A DNA stretch of 64,000 nt from an uncultured Acidobacteriota bacterium (GCA_963747925.1 CAVVHA010000012.1:133222-197221), one strand, 5' to 3'; positions 20,430-30,961 are shown, numbered from the stretch's first letter. Numbers and translations are program-made. Notes: a model not told the origin generated them from the sequence alone.

Positions 20430-22366
20430 CGCGCGCCTCCCCCGCCGGCGGGCGCGGGCGCGGCAGCAGGCGCGGGCGCGGCAGCAGGTGCGGGCGCGGC
20501 AGCAGGTGCGGGTGCGGCAGCGGGCGCGGGCGCTGGCGTGGACGGCTCCTCCCAGTCGTAGCCGACGCCGACCGTGCCGCGGGTCCAGAGGGCGCCGTCC
20601 TTCCCGCCGTGGGTGTAGTGGTCCTTGCCGCCGAGGTCGAGCAGCAGGCCGAGGCCGATCGTCGCGCGCGCGAAGAACGAGTCGCCCTGGTTCTTGATGT
20701 TCGAGCCCGAGTAGGCGTCGTTGCCGGCCCGGTCGATCAGGATGCCGACCGCGTTGGCGTTGGCCCCTCCCTGCGACATCCCGCTCCCCTGGTAGTAGTC
20801 GTCGCCCGCGAGGTCCCACAGGAGCCCCGTGCCCCAGTCGTGGCCGCTTCCCTGCGCGACGCCGTTGTTGCACGAGTAGGCGTCGTTGCCGGCGCGGTCG
20901 AACAGGACCCCCGCGGAGAGGTGGATCCCCGCCCCCTGCCCGTACTGGTAGAGGTTGTACTTGTCGTGCCCCGCCGAGTCGGCGAGGATCCCGAGCGCGA
21001 ACCAGTACGACGCCCCCTGGCCGAAGACCTCGGCGGCGTAGACGTCGTTGCCCGCGTGGTCCGCGAGGACTCCGACGCCCCCCGAGGCGCTCGCCCCGCG
21101 CAGGCCGAACCCGAACCCCTGCGAGAGCGACTGGTAGTTCTCCGGCAGGAGCGGGGCGTGCCGGAACCGGCCGCCCGCGTAGTAGGTGTCGTCGCCGGCG
21201 AGGTCGGAGAGCGCGCCGAGCCCGCGCGTCCCGCCGAACCCCTGCACGAAGCGCGCGCCGCGGTACTCGTCCTGGCCCGCGAGGTCGAACAGCAGGCCGA
21301 TGCCGAAGAAGGCGGACCCCTGCGAGCACTGGCCCGCCTCGTAGCGGTCGTCGCCCGCGACGTCGACCAGGAGCGAGACGCCGAACGCCGCGCCGCCCTG
21401 GGCGAAGTCGCCCCCCAGGTAACGGTCGTTCCCGGCGAGGTCCAGGAGGAGCGCGGTCTTCATGAAGCCGCTCCCCGCGCCGCGGTAGAGGTCGTCGCCG
21501 GCGAGGTCCACGATCATCGAGCCGGCCGCGTAGATGTCGTCCCCGCCGCCGTCGAGCACGATGGTCTCGTCATGGCGGTCGTCGCCGGGGCCGCCGAGGG
21601 CGACGCTCACGCCTCCCGCCGCCAGGAGCGGCTCTTCCAGCGCGAGGGATCGGCCGTCGCGAGCGCCTCGCGGGCCTCCTTCGCCGCCCGCGCGAGGACG
21701 ATCGCGGCGCGCTGCAGGGCGCCGACGTCGATCTTCGCGGCGGCGTCGAGGACCGGCGCCATGTCCCAGTCCTCCTCCGATTCGTCGGTGTACAGGCGCG
21801 CGCCCGACTCGGCGATCAGGCGCGCCTCCGCGGGGCTCAGGGCCTTCATCGCCGCCGCGCGCCACCGTTCCGCCTCCTCCCAGGCCGCGACCAGCTTCGC
21901 GAGGATCGCCGCCGCGTCCTTCGGCGCGCCCGGAAAGCGGTGCGCGGGCCGGGCCCCGGGGAGGCCTCCTCCGCGGGCGGCGCGGGCAGATCGAGCCAGC
22001 GCCCGGCGGCCCGCGCGGACGCGAGAGGATCACCGGCGAAGTCCCCCTCGGCCTGCACCGCCCGGTCGGCGAGCGCCAGGGGGCGGTCGAGCGTCTCGTT
22101 GACGCAGGAGAGCCGGAACCGGTCGTCGATCGGCCGCTTGTCCCAGGAGAGGTCGCCGATCGAGAGGTTCACGCGGGACAGGGCGGTCTCCGAGCTTCTC
22201 GATCGTCGTGGCGTCCAGGGGGCCCGCCGCCGGGACCGCGGCGAGGCCTGCGGCTCCCTCGCCGGCCTCGCGGCGCCACGCGGGTGTCGGCCCCCGTGGC
22301 GATGGAGATGAAGAAGACAGCCGCCATCGTCAAGGCGGCCGCCCGGTCGGCCCGCATCCTGGTCAT
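20426..22366 (-). CDS. secreted protein with ~12 tandem ~26-aa 'LxDxAGxDxY' repeats (solenoid-like), copy 1; family not recognised; at least 3 frame switches
   Basis: The repeat domain is in ORF 20426..22033. Units include IVDLAGDDLYRG, LLLDLAGNDRYLG, LLVDVAGDDRYEA, LLFDLAGQDEYRG, VLADHAGNDVYAA, ILADSAGHDKYNL, VLFDRAGNDAYSC, LLWDLAGDDYYQG, ILIDRAGNDAYSG and LLLDLGGKDHYTH, each followed by a QG...G segment. The tail is (PAPAAA)n. The N-terminal ~250 aa are spread over ORFs 22169..22393 (signal MTRMRADRAAALTMAAVFFISIATGA), 21846..22415 and 21607..21849 (helical domain). Confidence 0.6.
20448..20536. repeat. 18-bp tandem repeat, about 4.5 copies, inside the 3' end of CDS 20426..22366
   Basis: The motif gcagcagg recurs at 20463, 20481 and 20499, with a variant (gcagcggg) at 20517, giving period 18. 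On the minus strand it encodes (PAPAAA)n at the protein C-terminus. Confidence 0.8.
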
Positions 22367-22509
22367 GGTCACGTCCCCGCGGAATTGTTCCACGAATCGG
22401 GCGCGACCGGATCATGGCGCCGCGGCTTGACGCGGCACGGCGCGCGACGATAGCCTGAGCATCTCCGGAAGCGACCCAGACGTCTTATTGACCCCATCGA
22501 GGAGACACC

Positions 22510-23022
22510 ATGGACAAGGCCACGCTGAAGACCGTGATCGAGGCGGTCAGGAAAGCGATCATCACCGAGCTGAGGGGCTACGAGATCTACAAGGCGGCCG
22601 CGGAGAAGACCACCGACGCGGACGCCCGCAGGATGTTCGAGAGCCTGGCGAACGACGAGCGCGCCCACAAGGACTTCCTCGAGAAGAACTACCAGGGTCT
22701 GCTCCAGAGCGGGGAGTGGACGATCCCGGCCACGCCCGAGAACCTCACCCCGGACGACCACAGCGAGATCATCACCGAGGAGTTCCTCCACCGGGTCAAG
22801 GGGGGAGAGTTCGAGATGGCCGTGATCGCGGCCGGCGTCGAGCTCGAGCGCTCCGCCATCGAGTTCTACCGCGCCCAGGCCACCGCCTGCCCGGACGAGC
22901 GGGCCCGCGCGACGTTTCACTTCCTCGCCGACTGGGAGAAGGGGCATCTCGACTCGCTGAGCGGCCTGGAGCGCACGATGCGGGACGCCTACTTCGCGGA
23001 TCGCGGCTTCAGCCCCATGTAG
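22510..23022 (+). CDS. ferritin-like / rubrerythrin-family diiron protein (no rubredoxin domain)
   Basis: Intact 170-aa ORF with two E..H pairs typical of ferritin-like four-helix bundles (ELRGYEIY...NDERAHKDFL; VELERSAIEFY...DWEKGHLDSL). RBS gaggag lies upstream. Confidence 0.7.
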   Translation: MDKATLKTVIEAVRKAIITELRGYEIYKAAAEKTTDADARRMFESLANDERAHKDFLEKNYQGLLQSGEWTIPATPENLTPDDHSEIITEEFLHRVKGGEFEMAVIAAGVELERSAIEFYRAQATACPDERARATFHFLADWEKGHLDSLSGLERTMRDAYFADRGFSPM

Positions 23023-23154
23023 CCGGGACCCCGCGGTCTTGCCCCTCGTGGGGCATCGGTGTAGGCTCTCGCGCGTGAAAAACGGCTTCCCGATGCTGGC
23101 CCCGGGCGCGCCCCGCGCCCGATCGACGGACGGGCCCGCGAAGGGGCGCGGGCC

Positions 23155-24562
23155 GTGAAGAAGTACGGGGTCCATGCGCTCGCCGCGCTTGCGGCCGCCC
23201 TCGTTTCGATCTCCGCCGCGCTCGCGCCCCGTCCCCCTTTCCGGCCGAACATCCTGCTCATCACCGTGGACACGATGCGCGCCGACCGTCTGGGCGCCTA
23301 CGGGGACGCCTCGGCGCACACGGCGAACATGGACGCGCTGGCGCGCGAGGGGCTCGTCTTCGACAACGCGGCCTGCCCGATGCCGCTGACGCGCCCGTCC
23401 CACGCCTCGATCCTGACCTCGCAGTACCCGCGCGACCACGGGGTGATGAACAACCGGATCGCGCTCCCCCCCGGGGCGCTCACCCTCCCCCAGGTCCTGA
23501 AGCAGCGCCGGCTACCGCGCGGCCGGCTTCGTTTCGGCCAAGCTCCTCGCTCCCGATTCGGGGATGACGGGCGGGATGGATCCGTTCGAGGCGCCCCGGT
23601 CGGTCCCGATGTGGGACGCCGACCGGGTCGTTCCCCGGGCCCGGCAGTGGATCGAGAAGGTCTCCTCGGGCCGCGCCCCCTTCTTCGTCTGGCTCCACCT
23701 GTTCGACCCGCACATCCCGTACGCGCCCCCGGAGGCCTGGCGCCCCGCGGGACCGCTCGCGGAGGAGCTTCCCGAGGTCGCCTGGGAGGACCTGACGGCG
23801 ATGGCGGGGCGCAACGGCGGCGCCCTCTCGCGCGAGGTCCTCGAGCGCGCCGAGGGGCTGTACGCCGGCGAGATCGCCTTCACCGACCACTGGCTCGGGG
23901 AACTGCTCGAGGCGATGAGGCGCCAGGGGCTCCTGGACAGCACGGTGATCGTCCTCACGGCGGATCACGGGGAGTGCTTCGAGAACGGGGTCTACTTCGA
24001 GCACTCCGAGTGCATGTACGACGGGGCGATCCGGGTGCCGCTGATCATCCGCTACCCGGCGCGGATCGCGCCGGGCAGGCGCGAGGAGCAGGTCGAGAAC
24101 CTCGACATCGCGCCGACGATCCTCGCCCTCGCGGGGATCCCCGCGCCGCAGGAGTTCCGCGGCCGCTCGCTCCTCGTGGCGATGAGCCCGGGCGAAGGGG
24201 CGGCCCTGCTGCAGCATCCCCTCTACCAGCAGGACACGACGGACAACCGGCGCCGGATGCTCGAGCAGATCCGCACCGTGGCGGGCCAGCCGGTCCGCCC
24301 GCTCCTGTCGGGGCGGGACGAGGTCGGCGTCAGGACACCCGGGTGGAAATACCTCGTGGCCGGCGCGGACCGCGAGCTCTACGACCTTCGGGCCGACCCG
24401 CGCGAGAGCGCGAACCTGGCTGCCGCGCAGCCGGAGCGCGCCGCGCAGCTGGATGCCCGCGTGCGCGAATGGGTCCGCGCCCACCCGATGCGGATCGTGG
24501 ACGATTCGAAGATCAACGAGGAGCTGCGCGAGACCCTCCGCTCGCTCGGCTACGTCCAGTAA
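23155..24562 (+). CDS. sulfatase-like hydrolase/transferase (alkaline phosphatase superfamily), one frame switch
   Basis: ORF 23155..24576 (real to ~23508) joins ORF 23564..24562. Signal peptide, then NILLITVDTMRADRLG, CPMPLTRPSHASILT, FFVWLHLFDPHIPY and VIVLTADHGE. The junction reads ...VLKQR|GYRAAGFVSAKLL... Confidence 0.8.
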
Positions 24563-24568
24563 CGCAGG

Positions 24569-26308
24569 ATGGCTGAACCTCGGGCCGGGGCGGGCGGAGG
24601 ATCCGGGCCGCGCAGCGCCCGCGGCGGGCCCGCTCCCGGTCCCGCGCGGGCGCTCGGCTGGTACGCCCTCGCCACCTTCTTCCTGACCTGGCCGATCGCC
24701 GTGCGGGCGTGGCAGCGCCTGCCCGAGCACGCCTCCGACATCTGGATCTTCCTCTGGAACGACTGGTGGCTGCGCACCTCGCTCGGCGCGGGGGGGAGCC
24801 TGTACCGCACGCCCTTCCTCTTCTACCCGACGGGCGTCAGCCTCGCGTTCCACTCGCACAGCCAGCTCACCTCGGCGCTGAACAACCTCCTCGCGCCGCT
24901 GACCGGCGGGCTCGCCGCCTACAACTTCTCCATCCTCCTGATCTTCGTCCTGGGCGCGTGGGGGATGTACCTGCTCGCGCGCGAGCTGACCGGCAGCGAG
25001 GGGGCGGCCTTCGTCGCCGGCCTCGTCTACGCCTTCGCCCCCTACCACCTCACCCAGGCGCTCGCGCACCCGAACCTCGCGTCGGTCCAGTGGTACCCCT
25101 TCATGGCGCTCTTCCTGAGGCGGGCCATGCTGCGGGGATCGGCCCGGGACGGCGCGCTGGGGGGGCTCTTCTTCGCGGCGAGCGTCTGGTCGGGGCTGCA
25201 CCTCGGCCATCTCGGCGGGCTCTGGGCCGCGGCCTTCGTGCTCTACACCCTCGCGACGGAGCCGGCCGCGCGCGCGCGGAAATCGCTCACCGCGCTCGCC
25301 GCCAGCGCCGCGGTCGCGATCGCGCTCTCGCTCCCGGTGCTGGTCCCGGTGGCCCGCGAGCTTCGCGCCGTGGAGGGCGGGCTCGGCTCGGTCAGCGTGG
25401 AGAAGTGGGAGACCTTCCAGACCGACCCCGTCGCCTGGTTCGTCCCGCCCCTGTACCACCCCGTCTTCGGCCGCTTCGTGACGGGGGTCTACGACCGGTT
25501 CGACCGGAACGACCGGTGGATGCCCTACCTGGGGTTTCTCCCCCTCGCCCTGGCGCTCTGGGCGGCGCTCCGGGAGCGGCGCGCGGCGCGCTTCTGGTGG
25601 GCGAGCGGCCTGCTCTGGATGCTCCTCTCGATGGGGACCTTCCTGCGCTTCAACGGGACGCTCTACCCCTCCGTCCCGCTGCCGTTCGCGCTGATCGGAT
25701 CGAGGTTCCCGTTCTCGACCCTGCGCAGCTCGGACCGCTTCAACATCCTCGTCCCGCTCTCGCTCGCGGTGCTGGTCGCGCTCGCGCTGGCCCGCGTGCG
25801 CCGCCGGCGCCTGGTCGCCGTGGCGGGGGCCGTGATCGTCTTCGAGTTCCTCTGCGTCCCTATCCCGACCGGCAAGCCTCCCGACCTCTCGCCGTTCTTC
25901 GCGCGGATGGCGGCCGACGGGGCGGAGTACGGCGTGGTGGATCTTCCGATGGACCAGGTCCACTCGAAGACCTGGATGTACTTCCAGACGTTCCACCACA
26001 AGCCGATCGTCGAGGGGCACGTCTCTCGGGTTCCCCCGCACGCGTACGATTTCATCGAGGGGATCCCCCTGCTGCGCGCCTTCCGCGATGACGCGAACCC
26101 ACCCCCGGACAACGCCGCCGCCGACCTGTGCCGCCTGGAGAGGGCGCGAGTCCGCTACATCCTGATGCACCTCCCGTACGCGGAGCCGGAGCTGGGCCGC
26201 TGGAGCTCGTGGCTGGCGGGCCCGCCCCTCTATCGGGACGAGCACCTGCTCGTCTACACGACCGACGGCGTGTGCGAGGCGCAGGCCGCGGGCCGTCCCC
26301 CGGAGTAG
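24569..26308 (+). CDS. large polytopic membrane protein (possibly YfhO/GT-C-like glycosyltransferase), intact
   Basis: 579-aa ORF with many TM helices and a conserved-looking stretch (YRTPFLFYPTGVSLAFHSHSQL...AYNFSILLIFVLGAWGMYLLARELTGS...AFAPYHL). The family assignment is a guess. Confidence 0.6.
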   Translation: MAEPRAGAGGGSGPRSARGGPAPGPARALGWYALATFFLTWPIAVRAWQRLPEHASDIWIFLWNDWWLRTSLGAGGSLYRTPFLFYPTGVSLAFHSHSQLTSALNNLLAPLTGGLAAYNFSILLIFVLGAWGMYLLARELTGSEGAAFVAGLVYAFAPYHLTQALAHPNLASVQWYPFMALFLRRAMLRGSARDGALGGLFFAASVWSGLHLGHLGGLWAAAFVLYTLATEPAARARKSLTALAASAAVAIALSLPVLVPVARELRAVEGGLGSVSVEKWETFQTDPVAWFVPPLYHPVFGRFVTGVYDRFDRNDRWMPYLGFLPLALALWAALRERRAARFWWASGLLWMLLSMGTFLRFNGTLYPSVPLPFALIGSRFPFSTLRSSDRFNILVPLSLAVLVALALARVRRRRLVAVAGAVIVFEFLCVPIPTGKPPDLSPFFARMAADGAEYGVVDLPMDQVHSKTWMYFQTFHHKPIVEGHVSRVPPHAYDFIEGIPLLRAFRDDANPPPDNAAADLCRLERARVRYILMHLPYAEPELGRWSSWLAGPPLYRDEHLLVYTTDGVCEAQAAGRPPE

Positions 26309-26453
26309 AGAGCGCGCGCCTTGAGCCCGGAATCGGTCGGACGAATCCCCGGATCCGCGGGCGGTGACGGTCATCCGCGCCGTTTTCCCGCCGCCCGCGC
26401 GGGGGCAGGGGTGCGAACCTGCTAACCTTGGCCCGGAGCGACCGCGGGTGGCG

Positions 26454-28316
26454 ATGATTCACGAGCCGGCCGGAGCCGGATGGCGTCCCGGGGACGAGGA
26501 GGCCTCCGTGCGCCGCGTCGAGTGGACGCTGCTCGCCCTGCTGCTCCTGCTCGGGTCCGTCGCGCGCCTCGCCCGGCTCGGCGAGCTTCCCCTCGGCGCC
26601 CCGGAAACGGAGGAGGGGACCACCTGGCTCGCGACGGCGGGCCAGCTGGCGCACGGCGTCCCGCTCCTTCCGAGCGGGCTCGCGTACTGGAAAGGGTGGC
26701 CGTACACGCTCCTCGCGGCGGCCTGCTCGCGGCTCTTCGGTCTTTCGGCGTTCTCGCTGCGCCTCCCCGCGGCGCTCGCCGGCATCGCGGCGATCGCGCT
26801 GGCCTGGTGGGCCGCGCGCTCGGCGCTGCGGCTGGTCGGCGTGCGCCCGGCCCTCGCGGCGGGGGCCTCGCTCGGGGCCGCCTACGTGCTCTCCCTGTCG
26901 GCATGGTCGGTGCTGATGAGCCGCAACGCGCGGTTCTACGAGCTGGGGCTCGCGCTTTTCATCGCCGGCGCGGGGGCCGCCGTGCAGGGGTTCGCCCGCG
27001 AGGACGCGGGGAGAACCAAATGGGTGGTCCTGTTCGGGATCCTGGCGGTGGTCTCCTCCGCGACGCTGCACGTCGGGGGGCTCCTCCTCGTGGCGCCCGC
27101 AGCGGCGGCCGCGATGGGGTTCCGCCCGCGGCGCGCCGAGACGATCGCCCTCGGCGCCTGCCTGCTCGCCGTCGCCGCCTGGTTCGCCGGGGTCCTGTTC
27201 GTCTGGAAGACGGGGCACGTCGAAGCCGGGACGGGGGGCGGGGACGTCGCCGCGGCCATCGGACCGTCGTTCTGGAAAACAATCCTGATCCTCGCCCCGG
27301 GTGTCTGGGGCTGGACCGCGCTCGCCCGCGCCGAGCGGTCGGGGCGCGGCGCGCGGCGGGCGGGGCTCGTCCTCGTCGTGCTGAGCTCGCTCCTGATCGC
27401 GGTCCCGGTCTTCGGCGGCGCGGGGCCGCTCCGGTCGTTCCGCGTCCTGGCCGGCGGGCACCCCGGGCTGGTCCTCCTCGCGGCCGCCGGCCTCGTGGCG
27501 CTCGCGGTGGTCGCGGCGCGCCTCCCGCGCGGGAATGGGCCGGCGCCGGAGAGCGGAGCGGCGCGGCCGGGGCCCGGATCGTCCCCGCCGGCGCGAGGGC
27601 CGTCCGTGGCCCGGCTGGCGATGGGGCTGGTCTGGATCCTCGCGGTGATCCCCGCCGGGCTTGTCGGAGCCTCCACGGCGCATTTCGTCCCGCGCTACCT
27701 GCTCTTCGCGCTCGGTCCGCTGACGGTCGCCGCGGTCGTGGGGCTGGCCGTCGCCCTCGACGCCCTGCCCCGGGCGGTCCCACGGTGGGCCGGGGTCGCG
27801 GCGCTCGCCGCGGTTCCGTTCGCCGTGCTCCCCTCGGTCGGCCCGGTGGCCGCGACGGAAGCGGCGCTCCTTCAGGCCGGCGAGCGCGTGCCGCCCCTGT
27901 TCGCGGCCTCGCCGTCCCGTCCGTACGCCATGGACGTGGCGGGCCCCTCGAAGTGGGTCGCCGCGCGGCTGCACGGGGGGGACCTCGTGGTCGCCACGAA
28001 CCGCTCGATCCCCCACGCCGTCATCGGCCGCCTCGATTTCTGGTACAGCCGGCTGCACCCGTCGAACATCTACTCGGACGGCGGGAGCCGTCCCCGGAAC
28101 CTGATCACCGGCTGCCCCGTCCTGCACGAGCCCGCGGAGCTCCTGCCGCTGTGCGCGGAGCACAGGGTCTGGGTGATCGTGGACCCGCAGTCCGAGGCGT
28201 TCGAGGAGGTCGTGGCGCTCGAGACCTGGCTCGCGGGGCGCGTGCGCCGGCCGGTCCTCCCGCCGCTGCCCGGCCGCGCGCAGGTCTTCCTGCTCCCCCG
28301 CGGCTGCGGCGAGTGA
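26454..28316 (+). CDS. large polytopic membrane protein (possibly ArnT/PMT-type GT-C glycosyltransferase), intact
   Basis: ORF 26364..28316, with Met at 26454 preferred. It has at least 10 hydrophobic helices and a soluble C-terminal domain. It sits beside other envelope-modification genes. The family assignment is a guess. Confidence 0.55.
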   Translation: MIHEPAGAGWRPGDEEASVRRVEWTLLALLLLLGSVARLARLGELPLGAPETEEGTTWLATAGQLAHGVPLLPSGLAYWKGWPYTLLAAACSRLFGLSAFSLRLPAALAGIAAIALAWWAARSALRLVGVRPALAAGASLGAAYVLSLSAWSVLMSRNARFYELGLALFIAGAGAAVQGFAREDAGRTKWVVLFGILAVVSSATLHVGGLLLVAPAAAAAMGFRPRRAETIALGACLLAVAAWFAGVLFVWKTGHVEAGTGGGDVAAAIGPSFWKTILILAPGVWGWTALARAERSGRGARRAGLVLVVLSSLLIAVPVFGGAGPLRSFRVLAGGHPGLVLLAAAGLVALAVVAARLPRGNGPAPESGAARPGPGSSPPARGPSVARLAMGLVWILAVIPAGLVGASTAHFVPRYLLFALGPLTVAAVVGLAVALDALPRAVPRWAGVAALAAVPFAVLPSVGPVAATEAALLQAGERVPPLFAASPSRPYAMDVAGPSKWVAARLHGGDLVVATNRSIPHAVIGRLDFWYSRLHPSNIYSDGGSRPRNLITGCPVLHEPAELLPLCAEHRVWVIVDPQSEAFEEVVALETWLAGRVRRPVLPPLPGRAQVFLLPRGCGE

Positions 28317-28346
28317 CCGGCGCGCCGGGCGCGCCGCGCGCCCCCT

Positions 28347-29468
28347 TCAGCGGGAATCGAGGATGACGCGCGCGAGACGCGCCGCCGCGCCCGGGGCATA
28401 CTCCGGGGGAAGGCGCCGGTAGGCCTCCCGATACCTGGACAGGTCGTCGAGCATCTGCGCCGCCTCGTCGAGGACCGGCGCGTGCACCACCGCATCGCTG
28501 GGATAGGAAAGTCCGATGCCGAGCTCGGCGACCGAGCGCGCGATCACCTCGCTCTCCGGCGACCCTTCCACGGGCACGGCGAGGACGGGGACCTTCCCCG
28601 CGATCGCTTCCGCCACGGTCCCGTAGCCGGCCTTCGCGACGACGAGGTCGCACGCGGCGATGTACTCGTGGGCCTCGGTGTCGTCGGGCGGGATGGTCAG
28701 GACGCGGCCTTCCCACTCCGGGGTCGCGGCGAGCTCCGCGAGGTTGCGCGAGACGAGCAGCCGGACCTTCCCCGGCAGGCCGGCGGCGTCGAGCTGGGAG
28801 CCGAGCGCTGCGGCGTCGGCCGACCAGCCGAACCCGAGATGGACGAGCGGCTCGCCGTCCGCGACCCCCAGGCGGCGGCGGACCTCCGCGCGCCCCAGGA
28901 CCGGCTCGCGCGTCACCAGGCCGGCCGGGACGATACTGCGCAGGCCGGCCATCGCGGTCCGCATCGGGTAGGCGTGCCCGCGCGCGGCGAGGGCGTACGA
29001 GCCGAGCAGCGGCGCGACCAGGTCTGCCCGCAGGTGCGGCCGGTACTGGTCGACCCAGGTGAAGTTCGACGCGACCGCGGAGGGCGCGCCGAGCTTCTCG
29101 GCGACGAGCAGCGGCTCGGGGGCGACGTCGGAGAGGACGAGCTGCGGCGGCCGGGCGCGAAGGCGCGCCACCTCCTCCGCCACGAACCGCTTCCATCCCG
29201 CGATCCAGCCGTTGACGGCGAGCGCGGTCCGCCCGGCGTCGTAGGCGAGGCGGTCCTCGAAGCAGACGAACCCGACGTCGGTCGCCCGGTCGACGACCGT
29301 CACGCCCCGCAGCGGCGCGAGCGCCCGTCGCAGCAGGCCGTGGGCGTGGTGGTTCACGACCTCGATCACGGCGGCGCCGCCCGATTCGGCGGCGAGGGCC
29401 CGGATCAGCCCGATGGACCGGGTGGCGTGCCCGTAGCCGTGGTCGCTGACGTAGTAGACGATCCGCAT
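28347..29468 (-). CDS. GT-B fold glycosyltransferase (MurG/GT28-like family)
   Basis: Intact 373-aa ORF. The N-terminus is [25 protein letters not shown]. The C-terminal half has a nucleotide-sugar-binding-like pattern ([29 protein letters not shown]). Confidence 0.75.
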   Translation of the reverse strand: MRIVYYVSDHGYGHATRSIGLIRALAAESGGAAVIEVVNHHAHGLLRRALAPLRGVTVVDRATDVGFVCFEDRLAYDAGRTALAVNGWIAGWKRFVAEEVARLRARPPQLVLSDVAPEPLLVAEKLGAPSAVASNFTWVDQYRPHLRADLVAPLLGSYALAARGHAYPMRTAMAGLRSIVPAGLVTREPVLGRAEVRRRLGVADGEPLVHLGFGWSADAAALGSQLDAAGLPGKVRLLVSRNLAELAATPEWEGRVLTIPPDDTEAHEYIAACDLVVAKAGYGTVAEAIAGKVPVLAVPVEGSPESEVIARSVAELGIGLSYPSDAVVHAPVLDEAAQMLDDLSRYREAYRRLPPEYAPGAAARLARVILDSR

Positions 29469-29563
29469 CGCGAGGTGAGTTTAGGTTCCGCCGCGCCGCG
29501 GCTCAAGCGGCGGCCGCGCGCGGGGGGGAACGGCGGGATGGAACTGCCGGACAGGAGACCCCT

Positions 29564-29782
29564 TCAGAGGGCTTCGACGCAGCGGCAGCGGGCGAGCGGG
29601 CGGTTGCAGGCGAAGCAGAAGCCGTGCTTGCGGAAGTACTGCTTCATCTCCTCCTGCCAGGCGTCGATGATCCCCATCCGCTCGACCTCGTCGAGGGTCG
29701 AGTCGTGGAGCCACGACCTCATGTTGTCGAGCGAGGTGTGGTACTCGGTGAGGAGCTGGAAGATGTTCTTCGACGCCATCAT
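29564..29782 (-). CDS. small hypothetical protein (72 aa) with C-terminal CxxC...CxC cluster
   Basis: Third positions are nearly all G/C, consistent with real coding. The sequence is [72 protein letters not shown]. It sits between the GNAT and glycosyltransferase genes on the same strand. Confidence 0.5.
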   Translation of the reverse strand: MMASKNIFQLLTEYHTSLDNMRSWLHDSTLDEVERMGIIDAWQEEMKQYFRKHGFCFACNRPLARCRCVEAL

Positions 29783-29857
29783 GCAGAAGATACGTCCAAA
29801 CCGGCGGTTCGGTTCACGCGGCGGGGGCTTTTCGCTGCATCGCCTCAGCAGGGCGGC

Positions 29858-30883
29858 TCACACGTGGTCCAGGGCGGCGAGCTCGCAGGCAGGATCGGCC
29901 GCCAGCGCGGCGAGATCCGGCGTTTTTCCCAGGGGAGCCACCATGGGGATCGCGGTCGAGGCCGGCTCCCTCCTGCCGGCCAGCCGGGGCTCGATCCGGG
30001 CGAGGGAGGCGGGCAGCCTCCCGTGCCACGCCGCGGCCCCGGCGCGCCGGCCCTCCTCGAGGACCCGGTCGACGATCGCGCCGAGGGCCTCCTCCTCCCC
30101 GGGAAGGCAGGCCGCCTCCTGGACGCGAAGCGCCTCCGGCGTGGCCACGGCGAATCCAGTGGCGAGGATCCTCTCCCCGCGCCAGGCCGCGAGGGAGACC
30201 GGCGTTCCGGTCCCTGCCGGCGCCAGCTCCCAGAACAGGAAGCGCCGGTGAAGCAGGAACTCCCAGTAGCGGGCGTCGCGGTCGATGACGAGAGGGGAGG
30301 CGGCCGCCGCGGTTCCGGCGCCGGTCGCCCCGGCGTGGAAGGCGGCGAGCGCCCCGGCGTCGTGGAGCGTGAGCTGGCCGAGCTCGACCCCGGGGATCCC
30401 GCGGGGCGTGGCGGAGGGGCCGCCGCCGGCTCCGAGAGGCCCCGAGCTCTCGAAGGCGGGAAGCGCCGTGAACCCGAGCCTCTCGTAGAAGGGGAGGCCG
30501 ATGTCCGAGAAGAGGATCGCGAGGTCGGACTTCTTGCGCTGCGCGTAGTCGAGGACCTCGCTCACGAGGAGGGAGGCCGAGCCGAAGGTGCGCCGCGCGC
30601 GCGGGGTGTAGACGGCCCCGATGCCGGCCACGGTGACGGGCCGTCCGAAGAGGCGCCCGGCGAGCCGGTACAGCTTGAGGCTGGAGAGAATCGGCCCGTC
30701 CTCCCCCTCGCTGAGGGCCATGTAGCGGAAATTCTCCGCGCTCCAGGGGGTTCTGAAGAGGGAAAACCAGTAGTCCCGGTACTGCGCCGGAGCGAGGGGG
30801 CGCCCCCAGAGCTCGTGGTTTTCGTCGAAAACGGCCTCGATCTCGTCCTTGCTGGCGAATCGGAGTATCTGCACGCCCGACAT
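29858..30883 (-). CDS. GNAT family N-acetyltransferase with extra C-terminal domain
   Basis: Met at 30883 lies within ORF 29858..31564. The GNAT core includes ...[30 protein letters not shown]...FYERLGF. The 5' part of the track ORF is non-coding-like. Confidence 0.7.
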   Translation of the reverse strand: MSGVQILRFASKDEIEAVFDENHELWGRPLAPAQYRDYWFSLFRTPWSAENFRYMALSEGEDGPILSSLKLYRLAGRLFGRPVTVAGIGAVYTPRARRTFGSASLLVSEVLDYAQRKKSDLAILFSDIGLPFYERLGFTALPAFESSGPLGAGGGPSATPRGIPGVELGQLTLHDAGALAAFHAGATGAGTAAAASPLVIDRDARYWEFLLHRRFLFWELAPAGTGTPVSLAAWRGERILATGFAVATPEALRVQEAACLPGEEEALGAIVDRVLEEGRRAGAAAWHGRLPASLARIEPRLAGRREPASTAIPMVAPLGKTPDLAALAADPACELAALDHV

Positions 30884-30961
30884 TGTAGGCCTGCCCCGGC
30901 GCCTCCGCCCCCGCCCGCCGCCCCCGGGCGGTTCTTCATGGTCCGGGGGGGAGCCGGCGCG

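Noticed and set aside
20448-20536. Possible CRISPR-like or other regular repeat array.
   Set aside because: The period is only 18 bp with no unique spacers, and the array lies inside a coding region where it encodes (PAPAAA)n. No cas genes are present in the window.
23480-28366. Very long ORFs 23480..26374 (-), 26052..28163 (-) and 26480..28366 (+).
   Set aside because: They are antisense to, or out of frame with, the sulfatase-like gene and the membrane-protein genes. Their Arg/Gly/Pro-dominated translations are typical of off-frame reading in high-GC DNA.
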